NCBI GenBank assembly: GCA_958295525.1
Contig: OY282355.1
Location: 1,784,394 to 1,848,393 of the forward strand
Origin: an uncultured Dehalococcoidia bacterium
Lineage (GTDB): Bacteria; Chloroflexota; Dehalococcoidia; Lucifugimonadales; Australimonadaceae
Length of the DNA stretch: 64,000 nucleotides
Direction: 5' to 3'
The notes below the pieces were generated by a model. The model did no database searches, was not told the origin of the DNA, and saw nothing but the letters and a program-made list of their open reading frames with translations. The position numbers and the translations under genes were made by a program. Shown here one piece after another: positions 17,023 through 25,560 of the stretch. Positions within the stretch are counted from its first letter, which is position 1, and every line of letters begins with the position of its first letter.

Positions 17023-19824
17023 CTACGCCATCTCGCCGGTTATGGCGGCGGAGAGGCGCTCGACGGAGGCGCGGAGGCCGGGGTTGCGGGCGAGGCCGGG
17101 GTCGGCGGCGAGGATGACGCCCGCCTGCTCGCGGGAGGCTTCCATAAGATCGTGGTCGTCGAGATTCGCCATTCGGACGGGGGCGGCGCCGGACTGGCGC
17201 GCGCCGAAGAAGTCGCCTTGCCCGCGCATTCGGAGGTCGGACTCGGCGATTTCGAAGCCGTCGTTCGTTCGGGCGAGCGCGGCGAGGCGCTCTTGCCCCG
17301 CTTCGGCCTGCGCGACGGCGCGCTTGAACCATTGCTCGGCCTCCTGCGGGTCCGCGCCTGCGGCGGCGCGCCGCTGCCGCGCCTCGCCGAGCCGCCGGAG
17401 CGACGCGCCCTCGGATTCGGCGACGAGGAAGCAGTAACTGCGATGCTCGCCGCGCCCGACGCGCCCGCGCAACTGGTGCAGTTGGGCTAGGCCGAAGCGC
17501 GAGGGGCTTCGGATCATCATCACGGTCGCGTTCGGCACGTCTATGCCCACCTCGATGACGGGGGTGGAGACGAGCACGTCGATGCGGCCGGAGCGGAACT
17601 CGTCCATCACGGCTTGCTTCTCCGGCAGAGGCATCCGCCCGTGGAGCAGACCGACGCGGACGGACGCGAGAGAGGTCGCGCGCAGGCGCTCCCACTCGGG
17701 GACGGCGGCGAGGGGCGGAGGCGCGGCGGACTCGGGCGCCGCGTCGGAGTTCTCATCGCCGCCGTCCCCCGGGTCATCGGGGTCATCGTCGCCCGCGTCG
17801 TCCGCGTCGTCTATGCGGGGGTAGACGATGAAGCACTGGCGCCCCGCCCGAACCTGCTCGACGAGATAGTCCTCCGCGTCCGATGCGCGGGCGGCGTCCA
17901 CGACGCGGGTGACGATCTCCTGCCGGCCTTTGGGCAGTTCGCGGATGGTGGAGATTTCGAGGCCGCCGTAGAGCGTCAGCGCGAGGGAGCGCGGGATGGG
18001 CGTGGCGGACATCAGCAGGAGGTGGGGCTCGCCCACGGCGCTTTTGCCGCGCAGCGCGTCGCGCTGGAGCACGCCGAACCGGTGCTGCTCATCGCCGACG
18101 GCGAGCGCGAGGTTCGGCAGGTCAACGCCCCGTTGAATGAGCGCGTGCGTGCCGATGAGGAGGTCGAGCGCGCCCTCGGACGCCATTCTGAGCAGTTCGC
18201 GGCGCGGCGCGGCCCGCGTGCTGCCTGTGAGCAGGCCGACGGTGACCGGCTCGGCGCGTCCGTCGAGGGGGACAGCGAACCAGTTGAGGTTGCCCAGCGC
18301 ATGCTCGCGGCCTTGCAGCAGAAGGCGGAGGTTGAGGAAGTGCTGCTCCGCGAGGACTTCGGTCGGGGCCATCATCGCGCCCTGATAGCCCGCGGCGACG
18401 GCGGTCAGCAGCATCGCCGCCGCGACGACCGTCTTGCCGGAGCCGACGTCGCCTTGCAGCAGGCGGCTCATCGGCCTGCCGCCGCCTGATACGTCGGCCA
18501 TCGCCTCGCGCAGCGCCGCCCGTTGCCCTTCCGTCAACTCAAAGGGGAGCGAGGCGATGAACGATTGCGCGAGGGGCGGGAACGGCGCGAGCGCCGGGCC
18601 TATCTGCTTATCGGCGTAGTCGCGCTCCATCGCCAGTTTCAATTGGATGGCGAGGAGTTCGTCGAAAGCGAGCCTGCGCCGCGCCTGCTCTTTGGCGGGC
18701 TCGGAATCGGGGTAGTGGAACTGCTCGACGGCCTGCCCCAGCGAGAGGAGAGCGGCGGGACGGCGCGCCGCGTCCGGGAGCGGGTCGGGGATTCCCTGCG
18801 GCTTCACGCTATCGAGCGCCTCGCGGACGGCCTCCCGCATTCTGCGGGGGGGGATGCGGCGGCCTTTCGCCGTGCCGACGGACGGATAGACGGGGACGAG
18901 ACCGCCGGTGTGGACGCCGGGGGACGGCTCCGCGCCCACGATTTCCCACTCCGGCGACTCCATTTGACGCTTGCCTTGAAAGAGCGTCACCTTGCCGCTG
19001 AGCGCGACGCGGGGCGCGCCGTTGACGGCCGTCTGGGCGGCCTCGGCGATGGCGCGGTTGAGATGCTGGGCGATCCAGGGATTGCCCCACCAGATCACGC
19101 GGAGGTTGCCGGTGTCGTCGCCGACGGTTGCGTGGGTTGCGCGGATGCGCCCGCCGCGCCCAACCCGCGCCTCATACGCCTCCCACAGCGTCGCGGTGAG
19201 CGTCTGATGCTCGCCGACGCGCAGTTGGGCGACCGTCCGCTGCTCCGTGTAGTCAATGTGGCGCAGCGGAAAGAAGTAGAGGAGGTCGCGGACGCTGGGC
19301 TCGCCCTCGCCGGCGAGCGCGCCGCGCTTGAGCAGCGTCCGGCGGATCGCGGCGGCCTGCGAGCGGTTGACGCTGCGGAGCGAACCCAGCGGCGCGTCGA
19401 GCAGACCCCGCTCCTCCGTCGGCGCGCTCGCTCCATTCCCTTCCCCTGAAGGAGGGGCGTCGGGGCTCCGCTCCACCGGATTTCCGATCGCGGCGGGCGC
19501 GCTTGGGACGGCGGGGGCGGAGGAAGGCTCGTCGAGGAACCGGCGGACTTCCCGCGCCCAGCGTTCGCGCTGCGCCGCGTCGAGTTCGGCGTAGCGCACG
19601 GAGAGCAGCCCGCGCTCGTCCAGCGGCGTCAGGGCGGGGTCGGCGTCCGCCTCCCGCCGGAGCGTCGCGAGGAACTTGTCCAGCCCGCCGCTGACGGCCT
19701 TGTCGGGGAAGCCGCCGTCGGTCTCCATCGCTAGGATGTTCCGCAAGGCGGGAATTGTAGATGCGCGCGCGCCGCGTCTCGTCGTCACGGGGACAGGGTA
19801 GCGGAAGGGCGAGGCTTCTTGCAT
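17023..19824 (-). CDS. recG: ATP-dependent DNA helicase RecG (long form, 933 aa)
   Basis: LLQGDVGSGKTVVA Walker A, DEQHRFG box, LLMSATPIPRSL, HGRMPLPEKQAVMDEF and QLHQLRGRVGRG. Carries an acidic insertion and a long N-terminal extension. Confidence 0.9.
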   Translation of the reverse strand: MQEASPFRYPVPVTTRRGARASTIPALRNILAMETDGGFPDKAVSGGLDKFLATLRREADADPALTPLDERGLLSVRYAELDAAQRERWAREVRRFLDEPSSAPAVPSAPAAIGNPVERSPDAPPSGEGNGASAPTEERGLLDAPLGSLRSVNRSQAAAIRRTLLKRGALAGEGEPSVRDLLYFFPLRHIDYTEQRTVAQLRVGEHQTLTATLWEAYEARVGRGGRIRATHATVGDDTGNLRVIWWGNPWIAQHLNRAIAEAAQTAVNGAPRVALSGKVTLFQGKRQMESPEWEIVGAEPSPGVHTGGLVPVYPSVGTAKGRRIPPRRMREAVREALDSVKPQGIPDPLPDAARRPAALLSLGQAVEQFHYPDSEPAKEQARRRLAFDELLAIQLKLAMERDYADKQIGPALAPFPPLAQSFIASLPFELTEGQRAALREAMADVSGGGRPMSRLLQGDVGSGKTVVAAAMLLTAVAAGYQGAMMAPTEVLAEQHFLNLRLLLQGREHALGNLNWFAVPLDGRAEPVTVGLLTGSTRAAPRRELLRMASEGALDLLIGTHALIQRGVDLPNLALAVGDEQHRFGVLQRDALRGKSAVGEPHLLLMSATPIPRSLALTLYGGLEISTIRELPKGRQEIVTRVVDAARASDAEDYLVEQVRAGRQCFIVYPRIDDADDAGDDDPDDPGDGGDENSDAAPESAAPPPLAAVPEWERLRATSLASVRVGLLHGRMPLPEKQAVMDEFRSGRIDVLVSTPVIEVGIDVPNATVMMIRSPSRFGLAQLHQLRGRVGRGEHRSYCFLVAESEGASLRRLGEARQRRAAAGADPQEAEQWFKRAVAQAEAGQERLAALARTNDGFEIAESDLRMRGQGDFFGARQSGAAPVRMANLDDHDLMEASREQAGVILAADPGLARNPGLRASVERLSAAITGEMA

Positions 19825-19859
19825 CCTGCGCGTGTCCGCATTCCGCCGCTCGGACGAGG

Positions 19860-19887
19860 CGTCGAGGAGGGCTAGCCCACCTCGACG
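19860..19887 (-). terminator. GC-rich hairpin between the PD-(D/E)xK-like gene stop and the recG start
   Basis: cgtcgagg (19860-19867) pairs with cctcgacg (19880-19887), with an inner ggg/ccc extension. No U-tract. Confidence 0.35.
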
Positions 19888-19929
19888 GCGAGATAGCGGA
19901 ACTGGAGCGCCTCTTGTAGCGGGCGATGG

Positions 19930-20415
19930 CTACGCTGATGAGTCGCCGCTCACCTTCGTCCACAGCGCCCACACGCCGTTGCCCCAGTCCCGCCACTCGC
20001 TGCCTTCGGGAGCATTGGGATGCCGACGGAGCCACCGACCGTCCGCGTCTATGAGGATTGCGTAGGCCGCGCCCACTCCTCCTTCGCCGACGTACTTCTG
20101 GACTTTCCGTATGTCCTCCTCGGCTTCACGCCAGTCGAGAACATCATCAGACCCCATCGCAGCATTATGCGGAGGCTCGAACTTGAATTCGACGGCCACC
20201 AGGACGGAGTCGTCAGCCCCGAATATCACCAAGTCGGCGCGTCTCCGAATGAGCGGACGCTCTTCGGCCACGCTATAAGGAAGGCCATCTTCCGCTATCA
20301 TGCCCTTGATCCGTGCGTTGGCAGCGTGCTTGATGTCTTCCTCTTTCTGAAAACTGCTTGTGCCCCGCAGCCGGAGCCAGTCCATCGTGCTCTCGAACAG
20401 CGTCGCGGCGTCCAT
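19930..20415 (-). CDS. PD-(D/E)xK nuclease-fold-like protein, short paralog
   Basis: RRADLVIFGADDSVLVAVEFKF gives a D...ExK pattern. The MDAATLFESTMDWLR N-terminus and HPNAPEGSEWRDWGNGVWALWT C-terminus are shared with 21793..22809. An alternative upstream ATG is at 20427. Confidence 0.55.
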   Translation of the reverse strand: MDAATLFESTMDWLRLRGTSSFQKEEDIKHAANARIKGMIAEDGLPYSVAEERPLIRRRADLVIFGADDSVLVAVEFKFEPPHNAAMGSDDVLDWREAEEDIRKVQKYVGEGGVGAAYAILIDADGRWLRRHPNAPEGSEWRDWGNGVWALWTKVSGDSSA

Positions 20416-20568
20416 ACTCTCCCTCATCTCAAGTCGGGTTGCTCCGCACTTTACCGGAGCGGACGGCGCGGCGCCTAGCCCTTGCGCGAAATTGGCCTAT
20501 CCCCCAGGAAGCCCCCCCCCCCTTCGCCTGCGGCGCCCCGCCGCGCGGGATGGGCGCTATACTGCCTG

Positions 20569-20672
20569 TTGCGACAGTCCGTTATTTTGCCTCTATTGGC
20601 AGGTGAGCCGTTCCCAGCGCGGGCGGGGCCGAGCGCCCCCTTGCTGGCTCACCACCGGGCGGACTGTCGCAA
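20569..20672 (+). promoter_or_regulatory. Structured 5-prime leader (nested inverted repeats) upstream of the RCC1-repeat gene
   Basis: ttgcgacagtcc (20569-20580) is the perfect reverse complement of ggactgtcgcaa (20661-20672). Nested ggtgagcc (20602-20609) pairs with ggctcacc (20646-20653), and an inner GC stem lies around 20621-20639. Confidence 0.3.
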
Positions 20673-20703
20673 GTACCTAACCCGCGCCTCAAGGGGGTTC
20701 CTG

Positions 20704-21759
20704 TTGCGACCATACGCTCACGCTGCGCTGTCGCTCGCGCTCGCCGCGTTGCTCGCCGCCGCTTGCGCCAACCCGACGCCCACGCCTCTCCCAACTCCCA
20801 CGCTTACGCCAACAGCGACGCCTCCTCCAACTCCCACCTATGCGCCCACATGGACGCCTGCGCCGACCTGGACTCCCGCGCCAACGTGGACTCCTACGCC
20901 TACGCCTACTCCTACGCCGATACCGATAGTCGACCCCAGCATGGCGACCTTCCTCAGCGTCGGCGCCTATCATTCATGCGCGCTCCTGACGGATGGCAGT
21001 CCTGTCTGCTGGGGATTTGATAGACACGGGCGAGCATCGCCGCCTGACGAAAAGTTCGCGTCCATCAGCAGCGGCGGGGCGCACACTTGCGCCCTACGCT
21101 TCGACGGCAGCCCCGTCTGCTGGGGAGACGACGATGATGACCAAACTTCGCCCCCTGATGAGCAGTTTGCGTCTATCAGCAGCGGGGTATTCCACACTTG
21201 CGCCCTGCGTTCGGACGGCAGCCCAGTGTGCTGGGGGAGCGACGAAGATCGGCAAGCATCGCCGCCCAACCAACAATTCGCGTCCATCAGCAGCGGGGGG
21301 TCGCATACATGCGCTCTGCGGTTTGACGGGAGTCCCGACTGTTGGGGGAGCGACGAGTTCGGACAGGCGTCTCCGCCCGACGGGGATCAGTTCGTGTCCG
21401 TAAGCAGCGGGTTATTCCATACCTGCGCCTTGCGCGCAAACGGAAGCGCGGTCTGCTGGATGGCTGATTTTCAATCGTCGCTGCCGACTGGCGATCGGTT
21501 TTCAGCCATAAGCAGCGGCTGGGCTCACACCTGCGCTTTGCGGGCTTCCGGCAGCGTGGCATGCTGGGACTCTGGTCCTGGGAACGAAATAGCGTCGTCG
21601 TTGCCCCCCAATGAAAGGTTCGCGTCAATCAGTAGCGGACTATCCCACACCTGCGCCTTGCGTTCCGACGGCAGCCCGGTGTGCTGGGGAAATGACGGAC
21701 ACGGGCAATCATCGCCGCCGGAGGACATGCGCTTTGCGGTCGCGGGGGTTATCCAGTGA
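20704..21759 (+). CDS. Secreted RCC1-repeat (beta-propeller) protein with signal peptide/possible lipobox and a Pro-Thr linker
   Basis: About 7-8 repeats of [34 protein letters not shown]. N-terminus [15 protein letters not shown] followed by a PTPT/PAPTWT linker. TTG at 20704 is preceded by aaggggg. Start uncertain (the ORF opens at 20482). Confidence 0.8.
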   Translation: MRPYAHAALSLALAALLAAACANPTPTPLPTPTLTPTATPPPTPTYAPTWTPAPTWTPAPTWTPTPTPTPTPIPIVDPSMATFLSVGAYHSCALLTDGSPVCWGFDRHGRASPPDEKFASISSGGAHTCALRFDGSPVCWGDDDDDQTSPPDEQFASISSGVFHTCALRSDGSPVCWGSDEDRQASPPNQQFASISSGGSHTCALRFDGSPDCWGSDEFGQASPPDGDQFVSVSSGLFHTCALRANGSAVCWMADFQSSLPTGDRFSAISSGWAHTCALRASGSVACWDSGPGNEIASSLPPNERFASISSGLSHTCALRSDGSPVCWGNDGHGQSSPPEDMRFAVAGVIQ

Positions 21760-21792
21760 GCGGTCGCGCTCCCCATCTGCTGCCTTGCCCGC

Positions 21793-22809
21793 CTAGCGCA
21801 GCACAAGCACGGCGTTGGGGTCTACGCCGCAACGCTCGAGGAGTTTGATGGAATGCGCCTTGGCATAGCGCTTATCGACCATCGTCTCAACTATGAGCGG
21901 CGTGCCCGGAATCTCAAAGGGCTCCGCGAACGGCTTGCCGCTCCCATGAACCCGGTCGGCGCTTACGATATATCGCTGGCGCGCTGGCGGCTGATGAGGG
22001 GCTGCTGCAACAGGCGCATTGCGCTCCGTGAGACTACCAACTGACGCTAGCCAACACGCGGTTCCGAAGAGCAAGTCTTTCCAAGATTTCACAGGATGTT
22101 CGTGGTTGTCGGGGAAGCGAAGCCGCGCGGGAGAGCGCGGGTACTGCGGCAAGTCCACGTTCAGTTGCGACAGAGGAACCCAATCGCCTTGCGCTTCGAT
22201 CTGGTGAGACTCTTCGCTTCTCGTCCCGCTTTCATCTGGCTCACGAGGAGAATCGCCGCCTCTCCTCTCCGTCCACAACGCCCATACGCCGTTGCCCCAG
22301 TCCCGCCACTCGCTGCCTTCGGGAGCATTGGGATGCCGACAGCGCCAGTGCGCCCCCTCGTCTATGAGTATTGCATAGGATGCTGTCACTGAATCGTCGT
22401 AGAAGTACCCACGGACTTTCTCAAAGTCTTTCTCGATCTCTCTCCAGTTTGCAAGGGGCAACTTAGTCGTAAGGATGTCTTGAACTCTTTGCTGCGCCCG
22501 CCTCCGGGTCACTGGACTCCCCGTAGGCTTGGGCTGCACAGCAGCCTTGCGCTTGGGCGACGGCTCGTACTTGAACTCTGCCGCCACAGCCACCGAGTCG
22601 CCATCAAGGATAACCAAGTCGGCGCCTGGGGCGCCTTTCTGAATCTTGTAGTCATTGAACACCTGGTAGGAGAGGTTAGCCTGCTCCACTTCCTGCAGGA
22701 GGCGCAACTGCGCCGTCCAAACGATGTCGCGCTCCAAGAAGAAGCGATGCTCCCCGTAGGAGTCGCGGAGCCAGTCCATCGTGTTCTCGAACAACGTCGC
22801 GGCGTCCAT
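21793..22809 (-). CDS. PD-(D/E)xK nuclease-fold-like protein, long paralog with an extra ~140-aa C-terminal domain
   Basis: GADLVILDGDSVAVAAEFKYEP gives D...ExK. It shares its N-terminus and the NAPEGSEWRDWGNGVWALWT block with 19930..20415. GGGAGGA RBS before the ATG at 22809. Confidence 0.6.
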   Translation of the reverse strand: MDAATLFENTMDWLRDSYGEHRFFLERDIVWTAQLRLLQEVEQANLSYQVFNDYKIQKGAPGADLVILDGDSVAVAAEFKYEPSPKRKAAVQPKPTGSPVTRRRAQQRVQDILTTKLPLANWREIEKDFEKVRGYFYDDSVTASYAILIDEGAHWRCRHPNAPEGSEWRDWGNGVWALWTERRGGDSPREPDESGTRSEESHQIEAQGDWVPLSQLNVDLPQYPRSPARLRFPDNHEHPVKSWKDLLFGTACWLASVGSLTERNAPVAAAPHQPPARQRYIVSADRVHGSGKPFAEPFEIPGTPLIVETMVDKRYAKAHSIKLLERCGVDPNAVLVLR

Positions 22810-22962
22810 ACGCTTCCTCCCTCAGATCGGGTTGCTCCGCACATTACCGGAGCGGAGGCCGCAGCGCCTAGCCCTTGCGCGAAATTGGCCTATCCCCCAG
22901 GAAGCCCCGCCTTCCCTGTCTCCCGCAGGCGCGGATAGGGACGAGGACAAGGCGACGAGGGG

Positions 22963-24057
22963 CTAGAAGATCTCTTGCATGCGGCCTGTGTCGGATGCGC
23001 GCTGCACGGCGTCAATGAGGCGGTGATGCCGCACGGCGTCGGCGAAATCGGGGTGAAACTCGCGCTCGTTGAGGATGGCGTCGGCGTAGGCCGCCCAGAG
23101 TTTGCCGATGTTGACGGCCGGCCCTTGCAGTCCGGCGGCGGCGACCCACTCGTCTTGCGGAGCGGTCGCCGCGCGGAGTCCGCTTTCGCCTTCGGTTTGG
23201 ACGCGCAATTCGCCGGCGCTGACGTGCGTGGAACTGGGCGAGTCGAGCGTTATCGTTCCGCGGGAGCCGTGGATTTGCAGGCTGTGGCCGGTTCCGGCGG
23301 CGGCGACCGAGGCGATGTGGACGGAGAACGCCGCGCCGTTCGCCAAGAGGCCGCTGGCGAGGATGTTGTCGGGCGAGGTTACGGGGAACCGCTCGCCGGT
23401 GTCGGAGGCCGTCCATTCGCCGACTTGCGTGCAAACGACGGCGGAGAGTCGGCGGACGGGGCCGAGCATCGCAATGAGGCCGTCCATCGCGTGGCCGAAC
23501 GTGATGCTGAGCGTGTTGCCATGCGCGGCCTCGTCGCGCATCCAGATGCGCGCGGCGGGCCGGGAGAGCGCGCCGGTTACGAACTGCGTGAGGCTCACGC
23601 TGAGCGGGGCGCCCACTGCGCCGCTCTCGAGGAGCCGCCGAACCTCGGCGTAGTCGGCGGAGCGGCCGGACTGCAGGCCGATGCAGGTTCGGACGCCCGC
23701 CGCGTCCGCGAGCGCGGCCATCTCTTCGGCCTGCGCCGTCGTGGTTCCGAGCGGCCATTCGGTGTAGACGTGCTTGCCCGCCGCGATGACGTCTTTGGTC
23801 AGTTCGTAGTGGGCGGGGAGTTTCACGACGACGGCAGCGACGTCCACGTCGGGGTTGGCGAGCAAATCGCGGTGATCGGCGTAGGCGTAGCGCGCGCCGA
23901 ATTTCGCGGCGGCCTCGTCCGCCGACTCCTGCCTGGTGGTGGCGACGGCGACGAGTTCGACGCCGGGGACGCCCGCCGCCATCGCGGGCATATGGGCGCG
24001 CCCCGCCCAGCCGTTCACGTTGCCGCCGATGATGCCCACGCGGATTGCGTCCGCCAT
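22963..24057 (-). CDS. Gfo/Idh/MocA family NAD(P)-dependent oxidoreductase
   Basis: IRVGIIGGNVNGWAGRAH Rossmann N-terminus and the EWPL motif (YTEWPLG). Start trimmed to the ATG at 24057. Confidence 0.85.
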   Translation of the reverse strand: MADAIRVGIIGGNVNGWAGRAHMPAMAAGVPGVELVAVATTRQESADEAAAKFGARYAYADHRDLLANPDVDVAAVVVKLPAHYELTKDVIAAGKHVYTEWPLGTTTAQAEEMAALADAAGVRTCIGLQSGRSADYAEVRRLLESGAVGAPLSVSLTQFVTGALSRPAARIWMRDEAAHGNTLSITFGHAMDGLIAMLGPVRRLSAVVCTQVGEWTASDTGERFPVTSPDNILASGLLANGAAFSVHIASVAAAGTGHSLQIHGSRGTITLDSPSSTHVSAGELRVQTEGESGLRAATAPQDEWVAAAGLQGPAVNIGKLWAAYADAILNEREFHPDFADAVRHHRLIDAVQRASDTGRMQEIF

Positions 24058-24156
24058 AGCGTTGCTCCTCGTTCCGGCCGGGCCGCGATGGGGCGCCGGT
24101 CTTGCAGCGATTCGGATGGATTCGTCCAGCAACGGGAGCATATCAGCGCCAGGGGC

Positions 24157-24732
24157 GAGGTTCCCGCCTACGCGGGAATGACGGACAAGGGGGCGCTTGC
24201 GCGCCGACTGGATTCCCGGTCGCTGCCGCGGAAGACGAACTTGGAGGGGGTTACGGACGAGGAGTTGGCAGTGTGCGCGCTGCAGTGCAACAACACGCCG
24301 CGTGGAGTGTTGGGCTACCGGACGCCAGCTGAGGTATTCTGGAGTCAGCGGAACTGTTGCACTTCAAATGTGAATCCACATTCCCGCGTAGGCGGGAATG
24401 ACGGGGCGCGTGGGACGCTTTGGAGACGATGCGCGTTGCGCCTCGTCCGGGGATGCGAGATTCCCGCCTGCGCGGGAATGACGAGCCCGTAGGTTCCCGC
24501 CTGCGCGGGAATGACGGGGCCCTGGGGCGCTTTGGAGACGATGCGCGTTGCGCCTCGTCCAGGGATGCGAGATTCCCGCCTGCGCGGGAATGACGAGCCC
24601 AGTAGGTTCCCGCCTGCGCGGGAATGACGGGGCGCGTGGGGCGCTTTGGAGACGATGCGCGTTGCGCCTCGTCCGGGGATGCGAGATTCCCGCCTACGCG
24701 GGAATGACGGGGCGCCTGGGGCGGGAATGACG
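24157..24732. repeat. Repeat cluster including a 112-114-bp composite unit x3, interrupted by an IS30-type relic
   Basis: gattcc of the first hairpin is at 24459, 24571 and 24685. Each unit is two hairpin cores plus the linker ggagacgatgcgcgttgcgcctcgtcc. Confidence 0.9.
24229..24373 (+). pseudogene. IS30-family transposase C-terminal remnant (right end of a decayed IS)
   Basis: Translation ...TDEELAVCALQCNNTPRGVLGYRTPAEVF matches the conserved IS30 tail (LNxRPRKxLGxxTPxEVF). A frame-shifted VALQM-stop ends at 24373. No upstream catalytic part is present. Confidence 0.55.
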
Positions 24733-24764
24733 ATGGCGGTTTAACGCCGCGGGGAGTTGATCGA

Positions 24765-25400
24765 ATGTACGTCGGACGCATCGCCGCTGTCGGCAGAACG
24801 CGGAGCGGGCGCAACGCCGTGCTCTACCGCGTCTCGAGCCGCTCGTTCCCGAACCGGATGGCCGTGGACAACGGCGGAGCCGTCGCCGTAGCGCCGCGCC
24901 CCGGACACGAGGAGGACGCGCGCCGGAACCCCTACGTCTCCTACAACGCCGTCCGCGTCGCCGGGGAGTGGGCCATCGCGTCCAACGGCTCGCACACCGA
25001 CCCCATCGCTGAGAAAGCGGAGGCGGGCGTTCCCATCCGCGACGCGATGGCGCAGGTTCTGCTCGCGTTCGACTACGAGCGCGACGCGCTGGACACGCCC
25101 CGCGTCGCGGCGGCGGCTCCGCGCTCCGGCGGCGCCGGCTGGCTCGCCGTCGTGCGGCGCGACGCGCTGATCGTCCGCGAGGTTCCCTTGCGCGGCGGCG
25201 AGGCGCGCTATGTCGCCACCTACGAGGCCAACGACGTCGGGGACGACCGCCTCAGCGCGTTCGACGCGGCGACGGCGGCGGACGCCGCGCTCTTCGCGGT
25301 CGAGGGCGGAGCGTTCGCCGCCCTCGAGCATCCCGTCACCAGCGCCGCCGCCCTAGCGGACGGGGACGGCTTCGCGCTCGGCGTTCACGTCGTGGCGTAA
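24765..25400 (+). CDS. purO: IMP cyclohydrolase, archaeal PurO type
   Basis: MYVGRIAAVGRTRSGRNAVLYRVSSRSFPNR...RNPYVSYNAVRV...ASNGSHTDPIAEK...AFDYERDALDTPRVAA closely follows the PurO pattern remembered from methanogens. Confidence 0.75.
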   Translation: MYVGRIAAVGRTRSGRNAVLYRVSSRSFPNRMAVDNGGAVAVAPRPGHEEDARRNPYVSYNAVRVAGEWAIASNGSHTDPIAEKAEAGVPIRDAMAQVLLAFDYERDALDTPRVAAAAPRSGGAGWLAVVRRDALIVREVPLRGGEARYVATYEANDVGDDRLSAFDAATAADAALFAVEGGAFAALEHPVTSAAALADGDGFALGVHVVA

Positions 25401-25426
25401 GGCGAGGGCGCGGCTCGCGGCCCCGC

Positions 25427-25560
25427 GTCAATTCCCGCGCAGGCGGGAATGAACTCACATTGAACGCCCCTCCGTCTGCACGGCAACGTGGGAAAGGGAG
25501 TTCGATCCTGCGCCCTAACACGCAGCCCCCTGCCCGTCGTTCCCGAGTGCGGGAACCTAC
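25427..25560. repeat. Two isolated/degenerate repeat cores
   Basis: gtcaattcccgcgcaggcgggaatgaac at 25427-25454. cgtcgttcccgagtgcgggaacctac at 25536-25560 overlaps the ligD stop. Confidence 0.7.

Noticed and set aside
24251-24814. ORFs encoding HSRVGGNL / IPAQAGT-type peptides across repeat clusters (also 79-611, 32899-33381, 63186-63844)
   Set aside because: These are translations of the palindromic repeat cores in various frames. Their periodicity follows the DNA repeats, not a protein domain.
25470-25530. tRNA-like T-arm string (gggagttcgatcctgcgccc) that might mark a tRNA fragment or att site
   Set aside because: The flanks do not form a T stem or an acceptor stem, and no cloverleaf can be drawn on either strand.
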